This document shows, in pieces, positions 25,600 through 38,015 of a stretch of 64,000 nucleotides of DNA. The number at the start of each line of letters is the position of its first letter. The stretch's first letter is position 1. The position numbers were made by a program, and so were the translations under genes. Under the pieces are notes generated by a model that was not told the origin of the DNA, did no database searches, and was given only the letters and a program-made list of their open reading frames with translations. This stretch comes from Octopus vulgaris (Eukaryota), in contig OX597814.1 in NCBI GenBank assembly GCA_951406725.2, positions 25,048,001 to 25,112,000 of the forward strand, written 5' to 3'.

Positions 25600-27278
25600 G
25601 ACAGTGTGTGAGAGAGACTCATGATGTTGTAGGAGAGAAATGTGACCGTATGGATGATGGTTCACTTGCACTAAACAAGGCTGCAATGAGAGAGGTTTGG
25701 AGATGCCACTATGAAAGGTTGCCCAATAAAGAAAATGAATTAATGAATGGGAGAAAGAGAGTCTGCTGAGTGTCAACCCAACAGAGGGACCAGCTATCCA
25801 AGTTGACAGTACCTTGGTAGATAAAGCAATTAAGATTATGAAGACAGGGAAAGCCCCAGGCCCATCAGGAATCACTGCAGAGATGCTCAAAATATCTGGC
25901 ATTGTCGGCTATAGCCTAGTCACCCGTATAGTTAACCAGGTGATACACAAAGGAGTCATACCCAATGAATGGTGTAGCAGCACCATAGTCAACTGCTACA
26001 AAAGAAAAGGTGATGCTTTAGGTAGAAAAAATTACAGAGGTATCAAGTTTTTCGATCAGGTAATGAAGGTCACGGAGAGGATCATAGCCCAACTAATTAG
26101 GGAGAGAGTCAGTTTAGATGAGATGCAGTTTGGGTTCGTACCAGGGAAAAGCACCACTGATGCTATATTACTGGTAAGACAGCTGCAGGAGAAATACCTT
26201 GCCAAAGATAAACCTCTGTACCTGGCTTTCGTTGACATGGAGAAAGCCTTTGACAGGGTCCCCCGATCACTTACCTGGTGGTCAATGAGGAAACTAGGGA
26301 TAGATAAATGGTTAGTGAGTGCTGTGCGAGCCATGTACAGGGACGCTGTTAGTAAGGTGAGGGCTGGCAACGAGTACAGTGAAGAATTCCGAGTAAAGGT
26401 AGGGGTCCACCAAGGTTCAGTCCTCAGCCCCCTCCTATTTATCATAGTTTTCCAGGCAATAACAGAGGAATTCAGTTCAGGATGCCACTGGGAGCTCCTC
26501 TATGCTGACGACCTTGCAATAATTGCTGAGTCACTATCAGAAGTTTAGGGGAAGTTTCAGGTGTGGAAACAAGGATTAGAATCGAAGGGCCTTAGAGTCA
26601 ACCTAGCTAAAACCAAAGTCTTAATAAGTTGGAAGGCAGGCAAACCACAAATCCCTTCAGGTAGATAGCCTTACTTGATCTGTAGAAAAGGCGTAGGTAG
26701 AAACTCTATAAGATGTACCCAATGTAAGCTATGGCCACATAAGAAGTGCAGCAATATCAAAGGAAGGCTAAATGGAAAGATAGTTTTTGTATGTGGCAGA
26801 TGCTCAGGAGCAATAAATACTGAAAATGAGCAGAGAAGAACTTCCGCTACATTCCAGGGGAAAAAAAATAAAAATAGTTGATAGCTTCTGTTACCTAGGT
26901 TACCAAGTGCCGGTGGCATGTAAAAAGCACCATTCAAGCATGATCGTTACCAGCATTGCCTTACTGGCACTTGTGCCAGTGACACATGAAAAACATTCAA
27001 TGCCAGTGCCGCTGGACTGGCTCCTGTGCAGGTAGCATGTAAAAAACACCATTTCCATATGGCCGTTACCAGTACCACCTGACTGGCCCTCGTGCTTGTG
27101 GCACATAAAAGCAGCCACTACACTCTCAGAGTGGTTGGCGTTAGGAAGGGCATCCTGCTGTAGAAACTCTGCCAGATCAGATTGGAGCCTGATGCAGCCA
27201 TCTGGTTCGCCAGTCCTGAAGTCAAATCGTCCATCCCATGCTAGCATAGAAAGCGGACATTAAATGATGATGATGATT
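25600..27278 (+). mobile_element. 5'-truncated, internally deleted RTE-clade LINE with RT, Cys-rich region, 3' UTR and (GAT)n tail
   Basis: RT motifs GKAPGPSG, NYRGI, QFGF, FVDMEKAFD, GVHQGSVLSPLLF, LYADD. Frameshift near 26545 and an abrupt join to the 3' UTR near 26900. Confidence 0.92.
25814..26548 (+). pseudogene. Reverse transcriptase fragment of the RTE LINE
   Basis: 244-aa ORF covering RT motifs through YADD, with stops upstream and a frameshift downstream. Confidence 0.9.
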
Positions 27279-27310
<32 letters not shown>

Positions 27311-27371
27311 CACTTACACATACATGCATAACAACAAGTCTGTGTATATATTATATATAAGATTGTGTGTG

Positions 27372-27413
<42 letters not shown>

Positions 27414-27455
27414 AATGTAAATATGTATATATATAATGTGTGTATATATATGTAC

Positions 27456-27486
<31 letters not shown>

Positions 27487-27821
27487 TATACATGCATATT
27501 AATGTGTGTACATGTGGATGTATGCACCTTCACATATACACACACACATACATACACTCTTATATATACAAATGTTATCATTGGTGCTGAGTAATTTAAG
27601 GCGTTTGCCTCCCAGTCACATGGGTTTGAGTTCTTTCTCACTAAATGTCACTTTCTACAAATGTTTTCCTCTATAACTCTGCATTTGGTCGTTGGAAACT
27701 GAAAGAAACTCATTATGCATGTACGAGTGTGTGTATATCTGTGTGTGACTGTGTGAGCAAGTTTGTATTTCTTTCATCTACACTAATATCGCGCTTGATA
27801 GTCTTTGTCTGTATGTATATA

Positions 27822-28044
27822 CTCTTTAGTCTTTACTCTTACGCTTCTACTTGTTTCAGTCATTTGACTGTACTGTGGCCATGTTGGAGCACCGCCTTTA
27901 GTTGAGGAAATCGACCCTCCAGGACTTATTCTTTGTAAGCCTAGTACTGCTGAACTGCTAAGTTATGGAGACGAAAACACACCAGTATTGGTTGTCAAGC
28001 GATGTTGGGGGGACAAATACAGACACACAAACATATACACACAC

Positions 28045-28097
<53 letters not shown>

Positions 28098-28268
28098 CAT
28101 ATATACGAAGTGCTTCTTTCAGTTTCTGTCTACCAAATCCATTCACAAGGCTTTGGTCAGCCCGAGGCTATAGTAGAAGACACTTGCCCAAGGTGCCACA
28201 CAGTGGGACTGAACCTGGAACCATGTGGTTCGTAAGCAAGCTACTTACCACACAGCCACTCCTACACC
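27822..28268 (-). mobile_element. SINE family A, full length
   Basis: Collinear with other copies, internal (CA)/(TA)n. Confidence 0.88.
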
Positions 28269-28283
28269 TCCAGTAGATAATGA

Positions 28284-28331
<48 letters not shown>

Positions 28332-28989
28332 CGATTATGTAGGATTCATAAAGAATTAAAGCATATTAACTTATATCATGCCAGTGGTTAGCTAGACGCA
28401 ATCACACGGAGCAGACAGTGTAGTAATCCATTATCAGTTTTAAAGCAACAATGAAAACCAGTCACTGTCATTAGGTAATTTGTATTTCAAATTGTTTACA
28501 GTAATTTGATAAATAGTAGAAACCCTGGCGTGCAATGAAATAATGATAGTAAGAAACAAGCGAATTTGTTTTAAATTTTGTGACAATTGTTTCACTTAGA
28601 ATCATTATCTACTGTAAGCATAATACAATATTATGGATTACATCATGCATTATGTAATGCTCATGCTCATCAGGTATTATCTAATGCAGAGTTGAATATA
28701 GACTTGTCAAGTAATCCAGTGATACTAAGCTAGTTAACTGATTACTTGACAAGCTTCACCCATCCACATGGGTGACACCTCAATCAAAGCTGCATAGGAA
28801 TGAATGGATGAACAGATACTGCAATTGATTGAATATAAATCAACTAAATGCACATTACTGTTACATCATACAACACTAGGACACTATTCAGAAGAGGAGT
28901 TCTGGCCTCGGAAAACATCTAAAAAATTCAACTTTAGACAGATTAGTAGCGACTGTGATTTTGGGGCCTAACTGACCTGAACTCACCCT

Positions 28990-29875
28990 TATAAACCATA
29001 CCATAAGCTTAATGAGAAACTTTCCTATATACATGAACATTCTTGTGAAGCTCCTGCAGTATTTAGAAACCTAATAACTAACATTAGTAACAGAGTTTCT
29101 AACCTCTCTTCCTCAAAAGAAATTTTCAAGAAGGCAGCCTCCTACTACAACAATGCCCTAGCCAATAATGACATTAAGGATAAATTAATATATAACTCTT
29201 CTAATATTAATTGGAATAATAATAATAATAAGCCAAAAAATAAATCTAGGAAAACAATTTGGTTCACCCCACCCTTTTCTCTTAATGTAAAACTAACATA
29301 GGTAGAAGATTCCTGTCTCTCTTAGACAAACATATTCCAGAAAATTGCTGGTACAGGAAAATATTTAACAGGTGTTCAGTGAAATTTTCATTTAGTTGCT
29401 GTCCCAATATGAAGAGTATCATTACACAAGACCAAAACCGAGAGCCAATTGTAATTATCAAGACCCAAGAACCTGTCCACTCAACAACCACTGTATGATT
29501 AAATCTATAATATGTGAAGTAGAAGTTATAGCAATGATAAGAAGAGCTATATCAGACAATGTGAAAGTGAATTTAAAAATCAGTGTGCTGATCACATATC
29601 TTCCTTCCAACACAGGGACAAAAGTAGAGCTACTAAGTTGGCTAGCCAAATAAGGGGTTTGGAACTGAACACCACACTACATACAATAAAATGGAACATA
29701 GACAAAAAATCCGCACCATATCTTAACAGATCAAAATATGTAAGTTATGCATAGCTGAAAGAACTGACATCCTTTTGAGATCTAAGACCTCTAACTCACT
29801 GCTGAACTCTAGATCTGAAATTTTCAGATCTAGAGTTGTAAGCATATGGCTAAGTACCTGTTGATGAATTGGTAA
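28990..29875 (+). mobile_element. Decayed Penelope-like element 3' part: RT thumb, linker, Cys motif and GIY-YIG endonuclease (possibly Naiad-type)
   Basis: Across frameshifts it reads KPYHKLNEKLSYIHEHS...KTIWFTPPFSLNVK/TNIGRRFLSLLDKH...KIFNRCSVKFSFSCCPNMKSII...CNYQDPRTCPLNNHC...SYIRQCESEFK...IKWNI...CKLCIAE...LLNSRSEIF...CKH. Confidence 0.85.
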
Positions 29876-30087
29876 GTGCCTTCCTTTCCAAATTGAATAA
29901 TGGTAGCAATCCCTGTTGTACTCTTTCGCTACAACTTTCTCTCGCTCTTTCTTCTGTTGGCCTGCTCGCTTAGCCAGCGGTGGGGCGGGAGGGACGTCGT
30001 TTGAAGGCTAAAACAATGCGAAGCACATTGTGACCAGCAATGTGTAGCAACATCTGATAGCCTGGTCAGTCACGTGATCACGTGATA

Positions 30088-30123
<36 letters not shown>

Positions 30124-31155
30124 ACATATGTATAGTGTAAATAAGTGTGAATATAAATTTTTTTGCGTCTTCTTGTTTTGATATCTTGTGATAGTTGTAA
30201 ATAAGTGCCACTGTTGTTGAAGCAGTGTCATTCACTTTCAATATTTTATAAAAACATGTCTGCGCACAGGCAAATATCAGCTAGCATGAAAACAGCTATG
30301 AGTTGGCAACAGCAAGGGCATCCAGGCATAGATTATGTACATCAATAATTTCTAACACATACAAGCTTATAAAATTGGATGTTAAAACAATGATGATGAT
30401 GATGATGATGAGAATTATGCTTCACAGAATATCGTCTTTCTTTCTATGATTAGAAAATTTATTGAATGAATCTGTCTAGCTTCCAGTCTTGATTAGTAGC
30501 TATATGATTGCAAATTTCAGCACAAATGTAGTCATATCTAAAATCACTACTCAGACAGCATTTAGATTCTCTTCTAGGAAAATTTGAAAACCTACAAAAA
30601 TAAATTAATTCATTTAATTCATAGTGATCAATTATGCATCTATACATGAATTAGTAGATTAAAGTATAATACAATACCAAAAGATATTCAGTACAATAAC
30701 TATAAACACTTAAAGACAAATTGTACTTAATTTCAATTGCATAAACTAAGAACATTCTGTTTATCGAATACATGAAGACATTATAAAGAAAACCACAACA
30801 GAGCAGAAGATGCATAAAACTCAGCTATAGGTACACATGCATGTGTGTGTGTTTAAGCATGTATGTATGTAAATATGTGTGTGTTTATATCAATATTATC
30901 CTATTCATCATCATCATCCTCATCATCAGCAGCAGCAGCCGTTCAAGAATTTGGACCTGGAGATCTCCATTTCCAGCAACTTCGAGGACCACCTCCCAGT
31001 GGTGTCAGGCATCAACGAAGAGCCCTCGACTACAACAAGATGACCAAAATTTTTTTTTTCCAAGGTCTGGGGTCTCCTGCCCCTAAGCCCTAGACCATCA
31101 CTTAATCACCCTTACCCGTCTTGTTGCTTAACAACAACAACAACAACAGCATCAT

Positions 31156-31229
<74 letters not shown>

Positions 31230-31499
31230 ACAACATCGTAATCATTATCTTATGTCAGCTTTCCTTGCTGCCATGGGTTGGACAGATTGCCATAGTTGAA
31301 CCCAGGTCATATTTGGATGCACTGCTCTCCTAAATGTGAGAGACCTCACCTTGTTTGCAGTTTTGATCAGTTTCTACTACAATACGTATATACATACAGG
31401 CATACATACATACATATATACATACATACATACAAACAGGTATATATATATATAAATATAAGCATACACACACATACACACACACACACACACACTTTT

Positions 31500-32240
31500 C
31501 ATTTATTTCTTTTATGTCTTTCAGCTATGCCCCTGCAGTCATGCTGGAGCAACTCCACTACTTTGTGCATTTTGTCATTTTGTATATGAGGGAGTTTAAC
31601 ACCTCTGTCCTCATCTGCATTTCATGCTGAGATGTTCATTCATCTGGTATTGTGCTATGGGCCTTTGAACTCCAAGCTGTTACGGTACCTGGTTCTCACT
31701 TTAGACAGAGCAGACAGTACTTTTGTTACTATACAGTGGTGTCCAGTATGGGCATTTCTATAACTCTTGATGCTGAAGTTAGGAACTAGCCCTTCCAGAA
31801 TTTTCCACATGTAAATTATTACATGCATCTCACATTTTCACTCCAGGGAGCAAAGTTGTAGTTTTGTTTTAGCCTCCCCCAGTAGTTCATCTATTGTACT
31901 GTAGCAATCGTTTTAGTGTAATAAGGTTTGATCACTTCAAACTTCACAGTTAGTTCGACACAATGCAGAGACCTCAGCTGATATCAATAGTCCAGGTGGC
32001 TAAGAACAAAGGTCTTTCATGAGGCCAATATGACTCTTGGTCTGTTGCCCTAAAGGACCTTAGTATCCATCCTGTCGACTGTCTACACGTTGTTCCCATC
32101 TTGGTAATGGGTAAGTGGAATAATTCATTATTATATATACTGATCCCCAAGTCTCTTACTGTCTGTGACTCTGGGATTGCAGTGCCTTTGGGTTCAGTAT
32201 ATGCAGGATGTGGTGCATTTCTGAGTTGATATCATTGTGG
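31500..32240 (-). mobile_element. Decayed CR1/L2-like LINE 3' region
   Basis: Minus strand SLE*KCEMHVIIYMWKILEGLVPN and RYRNSLEFKA, with a 3' UTR containing GCTCCAGCATG. Confidence 0.7.
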
Positions 32241-33018
32241 CATATATATACATTTATGTAACATAAATGTATATATACATATTATATGTATACACATTTA
32301 TGTTACATATATGGGTGTATAATTTCGTTTGAAAAATATCAAATTCAATTACAAACCTCAAACTAAAAGCAGATGACCAATTCATTTATACATACATATG
32401 CAAAACTACAAAGTTATAGATTTTATACATTTCATACAGGAATATAAGAATACCTGTGTGTCATCATCAGCCAATGTATGTAGAACAAGAAAATGTTACT
32501 ATACCAGGATAAAAAAATTTTAAGTAAAGTTTGATATAAAAAAAATTAGTTGATAATTTCCCTCAGCCATATTGTTATATCTCAGATATAATTTTAAAAA
32601 AAGAGTAAAAGTCAAGGGTTACGTAAACTATATCCTAGCAAAATACAATGCAAATTCCTTAATAAAAAAAAAGCAACATAAAACTGGAACGGAGTCATGT
32701 TTTAAATGATACATATCTAAAAGAAAATTTTTCCCACGTGTACAGAGGTAAATTATTATTATTATTATTATTATTTATTTATATACATGAGTATATAAGA
32801 AAATATAAATATATATATGTATATGTGTATATATATATATATGTACATGTATTTATGAATGTATATACATTTATAAATAAACGAGTGTATGTGCATATAT
32901 CTATATATGTATGCATATATATGTATGCATATATATGTATATATATATATGTATATATATATATGTATGCATATATATATGTGTGTGTATGTATATATTT
33001 ATATATATATATAAATAC

Positions 33019-33049
<31 letters not shown>

Positions 33050-33271
33050 TGCATATTCACATATACACATACGTATAATTATGTACACACATACATATAT
33101 ATATACATGTATGGATATTTGAATCTATAATGTATGTGTATATACAGATATGCTGATATATCATCATCGTTCATCATCATTTTACATCTGTTTTCCATAC
33201 AGGCAACTGCTGGACATATGTGTGTGTGTGAGTGTATGTGTGAGTGTATGTATATACACATATATATATAT

Positions 33272-33495
33272 ATGGGGTGGATGCAGATGTCTTTAAAATA
33301 AAACTGGATCTCTTCCTGTCAGGTGTCCCAGATGAACCAACTTCATGGCAGGAGGTGCAGCTGCATCAAACTCTCTCATGCACCAAATGTCAATTGCTAA
33401 AAAGCATTCGAAAAGTAAAATCATGTAGCAACACCAAATGGCAGTGCCCCAGCATGGCCACAGCTCGTGAGCTGAAACTAGATAAATAAAAAAAA
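33272..33495 (+). mobile_element. CR1/L2-like LINE extreme 3' end
   Basis: VFKIKLDLFLSGVPDEP..NSL C-terminal motif, 3' UTR GGCAGTGCCCCAGCATGGCCACAG...CTGAAAC, A-rich tail. Confidence 0.75.
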
Positions 33496-33519
33496 TGAAA
33501 AAAAAAATATATATATATA

Positions 33520-33682
33520 GGTGTAGGAGTGGCTGTGTGGTAAGTAGCTTGCTTACGAACTACATGGTTCCAGGTTCAGTCCCACTGCATGGCACCTTGG
33601 GCAAGTGACTTCTACTATAGCCTCGGGCCAACCAAAGCTTTCTGAATGGATTTGGTAGATGGAAACTTAAAGAAGCCAGTCG

Positions 33683-33717
<35 letters not shown>

Positions 33718-33920
33718 ATATATGTTTGTGTGTCTGTGTTTGTCCCCCCAACATTGCTTGACAACTGATGCTGGTGTGTTTACATCCCTGTAACTTAGCA
33801 GTTCAGCAAAAGAGACCGATAGAATAAGTACTAGGCTAACAAAGAATAAGTCCTGGGGTCGATGTGCGCGACTAAAAGCAATGCTCCAGCACGGCCACAG
33901 TCAAATAACTAAAACAAATA
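33520..33920 (+). mobile_element. SINE family A, full length
   Basis: GGTGTAGGAGTGGCTGTGTGGTAAG head, B box GGTTCAGTCCC, family A body and tail. Confidence 0.9.
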
Positions 33921-34229
33921 ATATATATATTTCATATGTATGTATATATGTATGTATGTATGTATGCTGCACAAGATCTTCACTCTACAAGTAAGTTTGA
34001 ATTGCTTTATTCTAGGTCAGCATTTTCTAATTCATCTTTAGTAAGTAAGTGGTTCTAAGTTTGATCCCACTGTGCAACACTTGGTCATGGTCTACTACCA
34101 TAGCCTTAGGCTGACCAATAGCTTTAGAATGGAATTTGGTAGACAGAAGCTTTGTAGGGGTCTGTTGCATATGTCTAAACATGCACATGCACATACACAC
34201 ACAGATATATGCATTCTCAGACATGCATG

Positions 34230-34260
<31 letters not shown>

Positions 34261-34377
34261 ACACACACACACACATACACACACATACACACACACACAC
34301 ACTTACACACACTCACACACACACATGATCATGTGCAGTACTGACACTCGTATGGAAAAGTTTCTTGCGTTACTCAC

Positions 34378-34398
34378 CTTTCTTGGTGTGAATATATT
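34378..34398 (-). CDS. Candidate 21-nt frame-preserving microexon
   Basis: ~55-nt pyrimidine tract then caag|AATATATTCACACCAAGAAAG|gtgagt. No stop in any frame, same strand as the two larger exons. Confidence 0.3.
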
Positions 34399-34867
34399 CT
34401 TGACAAGAAAGAGGAATACAGAGAGAGTGGGAAAAGAGAAAGAACGGAGAGAAAGAAAGTGAAAGTAGAAGTGAAAGACTTCATACAACACTGCTGCAAC
34501 TGCACATATAGTTATCCAGAAAATGTGTTTCTAGACAATGAAAGCATATGGTGTCCTGGTGTGGTAGTCTGGTTGCAATGATGCATGCATTAAGAGTGAT
34601 GATTAGATGCAAATAGTAGAAATAAAGATGAATTAGAAAATGCTGACCTAAATGAAACAAACTCAAACTGTGAATATCAAATCTGAATATTAAAAGAAAA
34701 AGAGGAAGTTAGTAGCCTCCACAGATAGACTTGGCAGACTTGGATCTCTTAAATTCTTTTATGAACACACACATATACACGCTGCAGATATACAGACATC
34801 CTTATATATATATATATGCATGCATATGTACATAATACATACATATGTACATACATACATGCATATA

Positions 34868-35257
34868 CTCTTTTAGTCTTTTACTTGTTTCAGTCATTTG
34901 ACTGTGGCCATGCTGGAACACTGCCTTTAGTCGAGCAAATCAACCCCAGGACTTATTCTTTGTAAGCCTAGTACTTATCCTATAGGTCTCTTTTGCTGAA
35001 CCACTAAGTTACTAGGACGTAAACACACCAGCATCGGTTGTCAAGCGATGTTGCGGGGACAAACACAGACACACACAAACACACACACATATATATATAC
35101 ATATACATATATACGACGGGCTTTTTACAGTTTGCGTCTACCAAATCCACTCACAAGGCTTTGGTCGACACTCGCCCAAGATGTCACGCAGTGGGAATGA
35201 ACCTGGAACCATGTGGCTGGTAAGCAAGCTATTTACCACACGGCCACTCCTGCACCT
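34868..35257 (-). mobile_element. SINE family A
   Basis: Collinear reverse-complement copy with a small internal deletion. Confidence 0.88.
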
Positions 35258-35399
35258 ATAAAGTTACATATGTACATAATACATACTTATGTACATGCGT
35301 ACACACACACGTGCATACATGCATATGTACATAATGCATACGTTCTTACATACATATGAAATACTTATTAAAGAAAAGAGACAGTAAAGCCCTTGAAGC

Positions 35400-35876
35400 T
35401 CAAAGATGCAACGGAAAATGTAGATTATGACATATTTCTGTGGAATACAACACACATGTGATTAGCAGCTGCCCAAAAATGTCATCAGAAATTCTACTTT
35501 TCTATGCAACCCGATGATATTGCAAAAACAATATATAATGACACTCAAAATAAATATATAGATATTCTGGAATAAATATAGATATTCCCCTTGTTATTGA
35601 ATACATACACAAACATCAACACAAGGAATACTGGTGGAACATTCCCATCAAGACATCTGTCAAATGTAAACAGAACAGGTCGGATATTGTTGTTTGTGAC
35701 AGACAAGAAAAATTATGTACTGTCATAGAGGACAGCTGTCCTGCTGATATGAATATCTCTTTGAAAATCAAAGAGAAAGAGGGTAACTAAAAACAACTGC
35801 TTTGAAAACTCCAGCTTCTATATCCAGATTATAAATTGACATTTATACCAATAATAATTGGTGCACTTGGTCTTGT
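35400..35876 (+). mobile_element. R4-like RLE retrotransposon 3' fragment A
   Basis: HVISSCPKMS, EYWWNIPIKTSVKCKQNRSDIVV..VIEDSCPADMN..KEKE..FIPIIIGALG (zinc-knuckle remnant and PD-(D/E)xK-type nuclease). Confidence 0.8.
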
Positions 35877-36218
35877 GAAGACTCATGGCTCAGTGGTTAG
35901 AGTGTCGAGCTTATGATCGTGAGGTTATGAGTTTGATTTCCAGACCAGGCTGTGTGTTGTGTTCTTGAGCAAGACACTTTATTTCACATTACTCCAGTTA
36001 ACTCAGCTGTAGAAATGAGTTGCAACAACACTGGTGCCAATCTGTATCAGCCTTTGCCTTTCCCTTGGATAACATCAGTGGTGTGGAGAGGGGAGGCCGG
36101 TATGCATGGGAGACTGCTGGACTTCCACAAACAACTTTGCCCAAGCTTCTGCCTCGGAGAGTAACTTTCTAGGTGCAATCCCATGGTCATTCATGACCGA
36201 AAGTCTTGTGAGCAAGAA
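35877..36218 (+). mobile_element. SINE family B variant
   Basis: TGGCTCAGTGGTTAG A box, GAGTTTGATTTCC B box-like, related to 44529-44750. Confidence 0.8.
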
Positions 36219-36235
36219 CATACATACATACATAC

Positions 36236-37270
36236 AAATGCAGGAAAAGCAGAAAAATGTGACAACCAATGCAAACTTTGTGGTGTTAACACCCAAGGTA
36301 TCAACCAGATTATAAGCAAGTGTCCGAAAATGTCACATGGTATTATCTACCAATGTGACATGATGTTGCAGCTAGGACACTGTATAACGAGATCCATCAG
36401 ATGGATAACCCCCAAGGACAAAGAAATAAAAACCCACAATATGGTGGAAACCAAAGCCATTCATACTAAAGAGGGGTACTGGTGGAATATCCCAGTGAAA
36501 AACCTTAATAAAATGTAAAAACAATAGACCCGACATAATGATTTGGGATACAGAACAGAGACTACAGTTGTGGAAATCAGCTGTCCAGCATCGTCATTAT
36601 CATCCTAATTTAACATCTATTGGCATGGGTTAGACGGTTTGACCAGGGCAAGCTGGAAGCTAGCATCAGACTCCAGTTTGATTTGGCATGGTTCCTGCAG
36701 CTGGATGCCCTTCCTAGTGCCAAACACTCTGAGAGTTTAATGGGTGCTCTTACATGCCACTGGCACATGTTAACATGTATATTAACATAAAGCTAAAGTT
36801 CAGGGGAAAATAAAATACCTATGCTGAACTGTTGAGAAATTTGCAGTTACTCCATTCAGATTACAAATTCAAGTTATACCTGTACTCATTGGCGCACTGA
36901 GATATGTAACACAAAGTGCCTAAGTATTGATCTTGAGAAGTTGGGCTTCTTAAAACCAGAAAGGAGAAAGCTGATTTGAAGATTACAGATCCAATCCATC
37001 ACTGGAACTGTAAAAATCTGTAAAGTTTTCCAGAAGTTTATCTTTTAAGTATATATGAGCATGTCTAGATATGCAAGTATATGCATGAGAATGTATACAT
37101 AAAACAAAACATACAAACTTGCATGTGTGCATATATACATACAAAAATACTCTGTTTATGTTGTTGAAATTCCAATAAAGATGCCTTGGATCTTGGTTAG
37201 AAACAGGCTCTTTCTCTATTTGCAAGAAATCTTGAAATAAAACTGAATAATGACATACACATACATACAC
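36236..37270 (+). mobile_element. R4-like RLE retrotransposon 3' fragment B between (CATA)n tracts, interrupted by an inverted RTE tail (36595-36770)
   Basis: CKLCGVNTQGINQIISKCPKMS, YWWNIPVK, NRPDIMIWD, VVEISCP, TGTVKICKVFQKF. The 3' UTR ends in CATA repeats. Confidence 0.8.
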
Positions 37271-37729
37271 ACGTACATAAGATGAAAACATTTTGTAGCA
37301 TCACCTGTGGAATTCAAACACCATGACTACTGTAAACAATACAGTTGTGTTAACCACTACAATAAAACAATATCTCAACCCTTTACCACCTAAATTAGCT
37401 CTTTAATTAAATAGCTACAATAACATGATAGTGATTTATTGACTGCAATCTAAGTCCACACAGTATTCAAGTTATAGTATTATATACTTAATGATATCAA
37501 TGAATAAGATGGAAAAATGTTGTAACATCACATGCAGGATTTGAACACTACATCTTAGCTTGGTAACAATACTTATATGCTTGTTATCCCTACATCATCA
37601 CATATTTATTGTTCTATACTGAAATGGAGTAGATTGAGTCTTTCTAGTAGAGTACCTCAGCACTTCTTACAGTGCTTTGTCATCTTCCTGAGGTTTCCTC
37701 TTTTGAGATCAACTTTAACTGCTTCTTCC

Positions 37730-38015
37730 CATCATCATCATCATCATCATCATTTAACGTCCGTTCTCCATGCTAGCATGGGTTGGACAGTTCGACCGAG
37801 GATCTGGGAAGCCAGAAGGCTGCACCAGGCTCCAGTCTGATCTGGCAGTGTTTCTACAGCTAGATGCCCTTCCTAATGCCAACCACTCTGAGAGTGTAGT
37901 GGGTGCTTTTTACGTGCCACCATCACAGGTGCCAGGCGAGGCTGGCAACAGCCACAATCGGATTGGTGCTTTTTACATGCCACCGGCATGGAAGCCAATC
38001 AAGGTGGCGCTGGCA
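37730..38015 (-). mobile_element. RTE 3' UTR copy with (GAT)n tail
   Basis: Reverse complement of the 46900-47205 type sequence. Confidence 0.85.
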
